Shown here: positions 51,942 to 64,000 of the stretch, in pieces
Layout of the letters: each line of letters begins with the position of its first letter
How positions within the stretch are numbered: position 1 is the stretch's first letter
Assembly: GCA_001949185.1 (NCBI GenBank)
Contig: BDGG01000004.1
Coordinates: forward strand, 1,513,620 to 1,577,619
Source of the DNA: Ramazzottius varieornatus
Taxonomy: Eukaryota > Animalia > Tardigrada
Direction of reading: 5' to 3'
DNA: 64,000 nucleotides
Position numbers and translations under genes: made by a program
Notes under the pieces: model-generated
The model's database searches: none
The model's input: only the letters and a program-made list of their open reading frames with translations
Told to the model about the DNA's origin: nothing

Positions 51942-53847
51942 ATGAGAAAGTCCGGGGCCACTGGACATCCGCCATACTATGGAGGACCAGCTGGACCTCG
52001 ACACTGTTCTCCGTAAGTTGTAATATGCTGTCGATGTACAATGGTCAGTTGCATTGATACAAAAAACCTTGCTTGCTTTTAGTGGCACTCATCCCACACC
52101 TCAAGGTTCCTTCTCCGCTCACGGATCTCACTTCGGCGGGGCAGGGCCCTGGCCGGGACATGGTTCAGGTTCATCCATGGGATTCTACCCGTCACCGCAC
52201 GAGCCCTACGCTTCCAACTCTCAACCGGCCTACTCGGGCTATCATGGATCTCAGCATGCCAGTCTGAACTCCAGTGCTGCCTTCTACGGCTTCCATCCAC
52301 CCAACACTCCGTCCCTCTACAATCGTTTCGAAAACTTCCAGTATCCTTCTGCTGGACCGCAGCCTTGCAAAGAACCTTCTGCTGGTCCTAAGTCTCAGAA
52401 AGAAGCATCTACTGCGGACCATGATGCGGCTTCTTCTTCGGACTCAATTGAAGTTCCCAGTGCACCTCCTAAACGTGCGCAGACGCAAGTGAAATCCAGA
52501 AGCTCTAAACCAAAGCCTTCTAAAAGCTCATCCATGATCGGGCACGGCACCTGTCGACCCGACAAAGAGATCGCGACCAGACGAAAAAGAAAGCGTTGTT
52601 TCAAAAAGCCCCCTTCGTTGAAAAGTCGAAAACCTGTAGTTCTGGTTTCCCAGCCATCACCTCCGTGTTCATCACCAGTCGAGGCGGAATCCGAAGAAAC
52701 GACGAAGACAGTGCTCAAGCCAACGGCACGTCGCAGACCAGCGGAGAAACCGAAGCGGCAGAAGAAATTAGTGTCTGCAAGGGTGACTTCTGAACCGGAA
52801 GTGAAGGCACCCGCGAGCGCTCTTTCTCGATCCAGTAAAAGAACTGTGACGGAGTACGAGGAGTTCCAAGAAATTGAGGAACAGGTAAGTTGAGATGACT
52901 TTCTGGTAATCAAACTTTGTTATTACCCTGTCCTTTCGCTGACGCTTTTTAGGCAAAGAAAATGCGCGTTCTGTCACCCTCCAAGCGCAAAGCACGAACA
53001 AGCTCGCACGTCAAACTTCCAACCGTGCTGAATCGTACTCAGTCGTCTGGCCAGATCAAGAAGTTTACTAAGAAGATTGTCCTGGGCGCAGATCCCGCCG
53101 CTATACAGTTGGCGAGTGAAGACTCACTGCCAGGAACCTCAGTTCGTCCCACCCAAAGCACGCAGCCGACGGCCGGAACCGTGAAGAACCTGAAAAGTGT
53201 TGAGGTTGTGGGAGTTATGAGCTGTACTGATTGCAAAGAAGTAAAGAAGGTGCTCCAAGATGTTCAGGTGAATTTTCCATCGGCCTGTTTATTGAAAGGA
53301 GACACCGAAAAGTCGAAGAAGTGCGGCGATTTACTGACAAGTAAAGCTAGCAACGAATATCGAGCTGAGTTCTCGTCTTTCAGGTCAAGCTCGAGAAGCT
53401 AGAGGTGACTGTGGACACACTGAAAGCCAACAAGAGCACTCCACCTCGTCGGCCGAGTACTCCGCTGGAAGATTTACCTGATGGCGACGAAGTCGTCGAT
53501 AATTTCCCCAAATCAGATGTATGTTGCCTGCATTATCAAATGTGATTATTCGGCTATTAATGTAAGTGACTTACTATGTTGATTTCATACAGGAAAACAC
53601 CCAACCTGGTGAAATGGATCTTGACGAGTGCCCTGTGTCTAACGTAAGTTCCTCTTCATACTTTCCAATCTTTCCTGGTTTCACTGCTTTTGAACATAAT
53701 TCGAATCGATCTGGATCTGGTGTTTAGAAAAATTCGCAAATGAACGATGAGGTCCGCTCCGTTACCAGCGACAGTAGTGACTACGTGGATGCGGACATCG
53801 ACGCGGAACAGGTGTCGGACCGCGAGGTTTCCCTCGATCGAATGTAA
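51942..53847 (+). CDS. Orphan six-exon gene, ~497-aa low-complexity/disordered basic protein
   Basis: Exons 51942-52012, 52083-52884, 52953-53267, 53384-53518, 53593-53643 and 53728-53847. All introns are GT-AG and frame-consistent (1494 nt in total), with no internal stop. Confidence 0.72.
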
Positions 53848-54491
53848 ATTAGCCATGGAACATGGTACCGGTACTTTCCTTGCTTCGTTCTCTCTACCAT
53901 TCTCCTCTTCCCAATTCTGACTTTGTGTCAGCAAATCGACGTATTTTTCCTAATCGAGAATTTTGTTTGCCGGTGTCTTTGGAGGAACGGCAGAGAACTC
54001 GTTCTCTTTGGCGGTCATAATTTCTTGAACTCATGTTCTCTCTTCCTACTTCTGCCAGAGTTAATGTATGGCGTTTGCATATTTTGCGGTCAGTAAGAAT
54101 TGTAAAAAGGAAGTCAAAGATTTGGTAACTGGTCAGAAGTTCAGAAAGCGAAAGCGGAAGTCTGAAATCTTGCCGGGCTGAATAAGTCAGTCTGTAGCCA
54201 ATCGCGACGGTTTCGAACCTCGAGGTAGCGATAAACCGGTCGAAATCGCAAACTCCTTTTTTGAACTGTTGGATTCCAGGTGGAAAATTACTCAAATTAG
54301 CGATTCGTAAAAATAGCGACTTTTGATTGTCTGAGCCATCATTTTCCTCGTTAGTATCATTACGACCTTCAAGTGGCTACGCTGTTTCTGGGACGGACAG
54401 ACGAAAACGACAGTTGCACCACTCGAGGTACGTTAGTGCGATCGACCGGCTGGACCTCAGTGGCGAATAACTATATACGTGTCACTGGTGA

Positions 54492-56293
<1,802 letters not shown>

Positions 56294-56418
56294 TAGCAAA
56301 GGGAAGTCTAATTTCCTGTGAAATACATCATCTTGTTACAGATCGCTTAAAAGAGAGATCTAGAATTTCTAATACTAAAAGATGTGTTTGAGTATAGCTT
56401 AGTTGCTTTGTCGGGCTT

Positions 56419-59236
56419 TTATTCTTCGGAGTCGTTGTCCGGAGTAACGTAGATCACATGGGATTGAGAATTTGTGGGTTTGAGCTGAAAGAGCGAATTT
56501 CCCGGTCAGAAATCTTTATATGGTGAATAAAATCGAATTTTCTGATCGGGTCTTACCGTAATAGTCTGTGGTCCGGGCTGTGACGGTCCGGATGAGGTTT
56601 CTCTTTCCGACAGTCCCGACCTTGAAGCTGACATAGATGACCTCTTTCCGGGTGGAACTGCTTTGACGAATTCTAGAGAATTGATCGAACTGGTGCGCCG
56701 CCGTATAGAGCTAAGCGCTCGCACTTCATTGACCATGTCTTCGTCCTCCTGAAATCAAGACTGAGGTCTGGACTGAATAAACAACCCTTACGACGATGAA
56801 GCCCCACCTCAAAGTCCATAGAGACTCCCTCAAAAACACTTTTCCGCCTTCTTGCAACCGACAGCATTGACACAAGGTCTTCTTGTAATAGGTTGACTTT
56901 GCTGGTTTGATCGGCCCACGCCGTCATATCCTGTTTCGCAGAGGCGGATGACAGTGACACCTGTGCATCTTGAAGAGCTCTCTGCACTTCCAGTATACGA
57001 TTTCGCAGCTGAAACGGAGTCATCTTAGTGTCAGCAGGCATAATTATGCATTACTAACTTACGCAGTCGGCGAAATTTAGCGTGTTGACTTACCACTTGA
57101 GGAGGTTCTCGATATTCGGACACGCGGCGCTTGATTTCACCAGGAGCTCGACGGTTCGATAGAAGCTCTGCTAAATCGGTGACCTGTAAGGAATCACGGT
57201 AATGTTTTTCTTTTCATTGCGATAATGTCCTTCGTGCAGTTGGTGAGCCGTTATCCAAATACCTCTTGGGAGAAGGCGTTGGCCAGTTCCTCAGCGCTAA
57301 AGTAATCCGGATCAACGGCCAATCCCAGCATGCATTTGTCGGCATATGAGAAGAACGACGCGGAAAGAACTGAATGGGGCGTAATACTGAAGGGCCAAAA
57401 GACGATAGATTTGATAGCTTTTCCATTGAGCGAAAGTTGAGCGTCTGGTCCAGGAAGATTGGAAACTGTACAGCCGGAAATTATGGACCGTCTAACCAGC
57501 CATGCTAATACTCTAACTGGCACGATGTGGCCTAGTATTTGAATGATCCAGTAAATCGAAGTCGATTCGCTGCTGTTCTTCAAGCGGTCCTCCGAAAATC
57601 GAATTTTCCACAAACGTGGGATGGACCCGATTGTGGCAATGGGCAGCTGGAAGTTGAGTAGGACGAAACGGTTTCCTAATACAAAAAACCTTAGGTATAA
57701 TATACAACTGATTGATAGTTTTTCAGGTCGCAAGATCACCCCGGACAAGGACTAGACAAGCTTATAGATCGGAAATCCGAGTGTATGTCGTGTGCGCAAA
57801 ACTGCATACCTAGACCCGACGGTAACCGTGCGTTGTAGTGTATGTAGGTTCATGCGATACCGGTACGCTCTCGATTAAACAACATTGGTTTTGCCTCTCT
57901 TGTAACAAAACACTGTGGAACCCGACGACTCTAATTGATGAAAGTGTATGATATCCTTACCCATCTCTACAACAGATGTCGTAGTACTCAGCGGTCTTCG
58001 GAGATCCACCGCCGTGCAGGCGTGGATGGGCGCTTTCTTCTTTGAGCCATCGTGACCCAGGCACGACCTCAGAGCTCCCGTCAGGCAGGCTATTAGGATG
58101 TTGTGCAGAGAGTTTCGGGTGACTAGAGACAGACGATCCAGCACTTGCGTGTTCGTCTCCAGCCAATAGATATCACGTTTCCGTGCCAAAGTCCCTGAGG
58201 ACTCTTTCCCGTTAGAAATGACACCTTCTAGCTGTCTTCGAACACGCAAGAAAGGTCCACCGCGCCTACTCCAGTCAGTCCTCGGCGGAAACAGCATCGT
58301 AGTGAAGAAATATACATTCGCCATTACAGCGGACCGCACGGTGTTTATTCCGAAATTGATGCCGCCAAAGCGGGACTTGATGTGATAAACTTCCTGCGTT
58401 TTGTCCGTGACAGACCTTCAAAATTTTTCGTAGAGTCAAAAATGTTAGCAAGAACGAAATTCACTTTGTCACCTGCAAAGTATTTTCACTAGCGAAATCC
58501 CGTCGCTCAGGGCTTGATGAAATCGATACAGAATAATCGTGTCACCGTTAGGACCAAAGTTTGTCCGGATGTGCAGCATCCACAGAGGCCGATTCGTGGC
58601 CATTGGCATTTGTGTCAGCTCTCCGATGTAATCTTTCAGCGATGATTGTGAAGATACATCCGGCGGAATCAACGTGATGTGCTTACTGTAATAAGCCGGC
58701 AAATTTTAACAAGCTTATATTACCTTCCGCAAAAAAGGAAACTTTCTCAAGGCTGTCTCGTCTTGCCTTGGGTCGAAGGCACCATCGTATACGAAAGCGT
58801 AACAGCCGAGAACGCTGACGACTTTCTGCATAAATCTTTTGTACATAATATTATCAGAATCATCCTTGGCAAGAACCATTCGGTCGAGGATTAGTCCTTT
58901 GATTTCTTGAAAGGTGAGGCCCCGCTCTAACGTCAGCAAACAGACAGAAACGGGGGGAGTAGAAGGATGGATTTGAGCAAGCCAAATGGCATCCCAAGGG
59001 CTAAGGCGCTCGAAGCCAGGGTAGGACTCTTTGAGGAACACCGCCATGAAGGAATCCAGGCAAAAAGCCAAAAACCATGATATGGGTATCAGGATAACGA
59101 CGAAGAGCCAAACAGGTACAAACAACAGCAAGGCGAATATCAACGCCCACAGTTCACGCCAAACAAGCCGCAATATCGATTGTTGGGAAGGATGAATTAT
59201 TCGCGCCGGCTTTCTCACATCTCGTTGACCAGACAT
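56419..59236 (-). CDS. Wax ester synthase/diacylglycerol acyltransferase (WS/DGAT)-family protein with N-terminal transmembrane segment and C-terminal extension
   Basis: RLSPWDAIWL, YKRFMQKV, RPLWMLHI, YRFHQALSDG, HNILIACLTGALRS, GNRF, VSNLPGP and FFSYADK. Splices continue through 57185-57094 into the 57023-56419 exons. Confidence 0.78.
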
Positions 59237-62200
59237 GGATAATGAATCACGTGTCAACACTTCCTTGTTCGCGAAAACTGCGTCGTTATTCTGTCCTGAT
59301 CGTCAAGCATGCTTCTGATGATTTGACAAGTTAGGTCGTAAAATGACTTGCAAAAGGCATAACAGAATGCGGAAATGAGTAGAGGCCATTAAATGAACGA
59401 GGCTGATTTAAACCATCCTGGGAAACTAATGTGCCGGATGTCTGGGAAAGCACCTCGTTGCCTTCTGCTGATGGCAATCAAACACGAGAATTCTGTCATG
59501 TTTGTGGGTCTCCATAAAGACAGTTACTCCACGCCATACAAAAACGTGAAAATATGACAGTCTAAAGGAATTATTTCTGACAAATAATGGAAGGCGTTCG
59601 TAGAGTCAACACTAAGCTTAGCATCGATCCGCACACGCATCAGCTCGATCCTCAGTTGTACACTCTCTTCCCACGACAAACCTGCTTTAATGACATCCGC
59701 CGATGCCAATGCTAAAGTTTCCCAACGAGGAGCAAAGTACCCCCATCTGCACAATCTTTGTTCCATCAACGTCCCATAATGCTCTCCTACGATCATAAAC
59801 TTAAGTAACAAATGACAAACTTCCATCGTTGCAGAGACCTTCAAATTAATATTAATTTACTCTCTACTGTTGGCATTTCTTGCTTCCCATATCAGTTTAG
59901 TCAACTGAACTCAGTAGATGATCGCAAAGATGTCGGACCGTGCAGACAGATTGACTAGTTTTTGTCGCAGTTCTCTCAGGCTCTTCGGAACGCCTTCTCT
60001 CAACTCACAAATTTATCAAAAAATCAAAAATTGTTCTACACGACTGTTCTCGAATATACCTAAAAGAAAAAGCTGAAGCTAATGTCGAGCCATTAAGAGA
60101 AATAAAGAAAGATAAGGCATTCGATGAGTGGCTGAACGGTCTGTTGTCGGTTAGCACGAAAATCATGGGTTCTCAGCTAATTAGCTTTATCGATCGACTG
60201 GGCTAGAAGAATTTAAAGATACCATCCCAGTGCGCATGCAGTCGATAATAGGTTGGCTATATCGATGCAGTAGAAAAGGCTTCCTTTTTGCAATCACTCG
60301 CGGAACACTTTGGTTCACATACCACAGCGTGTTTAACTGCACGCACCATTGACTTTCTGGAGTCCCTGTGTACTCTGTAGGCCTGCAGCTCGCTTTCCTC
60401 TCCAGTCTCAACGATATGTGCCCTTTACCATCAACAATATCGATCTTCTGTGGCGTCGAGTAATAATATTTGAAATATTACTCAATTTACTTCACACGAT
60501 AGTTAACACCACTTTAAATCTTTCCAGTGTTTCCGCTTCTCATGACTGATAAATTTTGCGTATGTGTTGGACAGCTAGCTTCCTCATTCAAGGGCAATGC
60601 CGGGAAATGTACTCATGTGTATGCGCGTTTAAGAATAACCACTCTCTTTTCGATGGGTAGCCAAAGGAAGACATCAACATTATTTGAACTGGAATCGGAG
60701 CTAAGGCTCACTGATAAGCATATGGAAATACTCTAACGGAATATTACATAGCACAGGGTGTTTTCTGAGCGGAAAGCACACGACAGGAAAGTCAAAGTGG
60801 AAGGCTTCGCACTGCAAAGTTAATTAGCGCTAGTTAACCCGATACGAACCAAGTTCTTCCTGGCTGCAAAAAAGAGCTCAGTTACCGAAACGAGAATTTT
60901 AAATAGAATTCTGCCACACTTCAGTAACCTGTTTGACGAAACCAAGATCCTGCTCATTTGCAAAAAGGGAAAAAGCTTCACGCCCTAATTCTACTACTAG
61001 TACACCCACACTTTTGAACGCATAACAGTTCTGATCCCAATATCATTACAATTACACCTGCAAGGAATATTGATTTTTGCCTACCATTAATTCGGCGTTA
61101 TGTTCGGTACGATTCCTTCAAGTATAGGAAAATGGAAACGGGAAAAAACGTTTTAAGGGCTTACCTTTAGTCAGTAGACATCTTTGCGTATTCCGCTATT
61201 TGCAATCACGCCCATCGACAGGGAGAAGCTGTGACAGAACCGCTGTTTCGTCCTTCTGGAAAGTCTGTTAAGCAAAGACAACGTCAGTGTTTTCCCGACC
61301 GGCTTATGGCTTTTTTCAGTGCGTCGCCCAACAAACAAACGTTGATACGCGTAACTGAAAATAGCGAGTATATCGTGATTCTTCCACGTCTCGAGCACCT
61401 GAGCAATAAAAGACCGCACTTGGGAGGCAGCTCGTTCCAAAACGGCGCATTAAGATTCGCAGTAATTTGGAAGAAGCGAGCGAGCTCGTCCACCGAGCAT
61501 GCAGTATACGTACCATAAGAGCAATAGCTGTCAAGCAATGAGAATATCGATTCGTCTGCTCTAAAGCTTATTGGGCTGTCTGTTTGATTCCCATCATCCC
61601 TTTTGGCAAACAGCAGAGCTGATGCACATCACGCCATCACTTGCAATGGCGGAGGTCCCACCCGTTACACGTGCCACACACTCCTCTATTTAACATATTG
61701 TGGTCCATCCAAGATCAGTCCAGCATTCCGGGCGACAATGTCACGGAAATGTACGTCTCAAGTTCCATATTCGTATATGTTACCCTAGACGAGTCCAATG
61801 GATAAAATGCCCATATGGCCTGGGTCTCTCCTGTGGGTACTCCAGAGTATCCTGTAATTGCGTGGCTCATACCAACCCCATATGCCCGAAGGCCATGGCT
61901 CCTCGTTACATAGCTCCATCAGCCAGTCACAATATTGTTCCTGCGAACTCGGTTAAATACCTGGATTATTAAGGGACTTCGAGGATCAGACGCAGAACAT
62001 TCATCTTCGAGTCGGGAAAGTGAAGATTGAAGCTAGACTGGTTTCCATTCAGCTGTACTCACAAGTCACAAATGCGACAGCAACATGACCCGGATGCTGG
62101 CTCAACTTCTTACCTGTAGCTATATCCTAATTCCTTTGCTTCCAACCGTCGGAGGATACCGCCAGTCCCCAGGGTGTGATTTCGAGAACTGGGAATCGAG

Positions 62201-62678
62201 CATGACGGATCACTTCACAGATCATAGTCGAAATCTAGGACAGCACGAGCAGCGCACGTTTCGGAGGTAGTGGGATCTCCGCTCCTTAGAACAGCCTCTT
62301 ATGAAGCGACCATGTACATTCTTAGCAGGGGAGTTATCTCGTCGGTACTTTCATGAGCAAAAGATCGGACGTCGGATGACAGCCAGAACGGCGCGTACCG
62401 GGGGGATTCTTTACGCGGACCCGGACCAATCTCGTCCCACTTCATTGGCACTTTAAAGTACAAATCGAGGTTGGTTGATTAGTCGAAAAACCGAAAAAGT
62501 CTGGTGGGGAATTTTCGCAATATCATCAGTGTACTTATCTGTTGTGGTTTGATTAGTTGATGGTCGTCATCGAGTGACAGGATGATTGGTCGTGAATCTT
62601 GATCTCAGATACCGGAATCATTTGAAGATTTTTTTCTGTTGGCTCCTGAGTCTTGAATGCTGCTCATCTAGTACCGAA

Positions 62679-63684
62679 ATGAATTCCCACGCGAATGGTC
62701 TTCTCAAGAATGTTCATCAGCTTCTAGAGCCACTCGACGAAGCCATAGATGTGCACACCGTCAAAGGAGACTACTCCTACTACCACTACGGCTGTGACGA
62801 GATGGATGACTTCGGCTGGGGATGTGGTTTTGGCGTTTTGCAGACAATATGCTCCTGGATTGATCCCGCGGAACCCCCTGTCTCGATCACCGACATGATT
62901 ACTGCCTTAGACGATATCGCAGACCCATCTTGAAATCCGGAAAGATCGACAAGACCTTGGATTGGCGCTTACGAAGCCTTTCTCGTCATCGACACGTTGT
63001 ACGATGTGCGTTACTTCCTTACTAAAATACTGGGTTTGTGCTTCTCTCAAGTTTTGCTCCGGTGACTAACATGCTTTTGATCTGGCAGGTGGTTTGCCGC
63101 ATCGTTCATCTCCCTCATCTGTCTTCTTTCGCGCAAGAAATCGGCTTACTGCAGCGGCATTTCGATGCTTGTGGATCGCCGGTATTTCTTGGTTAGCACA
63201 GCAATCATTCGCACTATATTTTGCATAGCAGGTTTCTCTTGTCGGCCTGATGACTGAGTATGATTCTCAATATTTCGTTGCTCTGAAAATATCTGTTTTC
63301 TTTCTTGCTTCCCAGGCAGAAATCAAGATTGCTACGGAAAATGTGTCCTTGGAACATACACTATTGCCGGACGCCATCACATTCTTGTTCTGGTGCGTTC
63401 TTCTGATACAGTATATCTAATTCTGAGTGGTGGCATCTCAGATGGCAGCACATGTAGCCAGCACTGACGCTCAATAACGACGGAAAAGAAACGGTTTTAT
63501 TTTCTTTCAGGACCCTCACTTCCATGGAAAACTGAGTAATCCGTCAGCGCCTGTGGTTTCCCCGTTCTTGAAGTGGACTCCCATCGATAGTCTTCAACAA
63601 GACTCGTTTTACAACATCCTTGTGCCATTATGTCACGGCAAACTAAATTCGCGCTTCAAGAAGAACCTCGTACCATGTGTATAG
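62679..63684 (+). CDS. UFSP1: Ufm1-specific protease 1-like (peptidase C78), 4 exons, with in-frame TGA at 62931-62933
   Basis: [27 protein letters not shown] (catalytic Cys), [26 protein letters not shown]|DPHF (catalytic Asp/His) and FYNILVP. Confidence 0.85.
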
Positions 63685-64000
63685 GTAAGGTTTGTTTGTT
63701 CAGCATGCTTATTTGTGATTGTTCTCCGAACGAATGCCACTGAAAGATCAGGGAACCTAACCCTTGTCGGGGACATTATTATCTGCGAGCAGAATGTGCG
63801 TTGTTGGTACATGTTATCATACGGACTATGCTGGCAAGTGAGCAGGAGAGTTAGGCTGGGATCGGTGAGAAACTTACAACCACCGGTTCTTGAGTGGTTT
63901 CTTGTCGTTGCAGCTGTTTAGGCATGTCAGCAGGGAAACCGATATCCTATATCGTCCTCGGTGCTATTTACAGAAGAGCCAGATGTTGAGTTAGAAGTCT

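Noticed and set aside
56506-57041. Separate small gene suggested by ORFs 56673-57041 and 56506-56736
   Set aside because: These can be spliced in frame onto the WS/DGAT-like gene and are better explained as its C-terminal exons.
59300-62600. Short ORFs upstream of the WS/DGAT-like gene
   Set aside because: No family motifs; the region is more plausibly 5' UTR exons, introns and promoter DNA.

Overview
Eukaryotic (animal) genomic DNA, not prokaryotic. It is gene-dense, and most introns are short (mostly ~55-120 nt) GT-AG introns, so the ORF track shows mainly exon fragments. The compactness and gene set suggest a small ecdysozoan genome such as a tardigrade (inference only). Recognisable genes in order: GNB5 (-), basigin-like three-Ig receptor (+), DDX49 (-), UBA2/SAE2 (+), RNF126/115-like RING-H2 ligase (-), POLR3E (+), LARP4-like (-), SVIP (+), beta-tubulin (-), DPP3 (-), SSR4 (-), SFT2-like (+), tubby-like (-), GDP-L-fucose synthase (+), a WS/DGAT-family acyltransferase-like gene (-) and UFSP1-like (+). 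Mobile DNA: a full-length but nonsense-disabled Tc4/Tc5-type transposon with two related MITEs beside it, a decayed pogo-type element with a related MITE in the basigin intron, and two further MITE-like inverted repeats. Most notable observations: (1) an intact six-exon orphan gene for a ~497-aa disordered, basic, NLS-bearing protein, head-to-head with a Cys-rich orphan ORF; (2) a single in-frame TGA in an otherwise intact UFSP1-like gene; (3) a beta-tubulin starting MVREI instead of the autoregulatory MREI; (4) an intron-containing WS/DGAT-like gene with HQxxxDG instead of HHxxxDG. Gene models were spliced by eye and no database searches were run.
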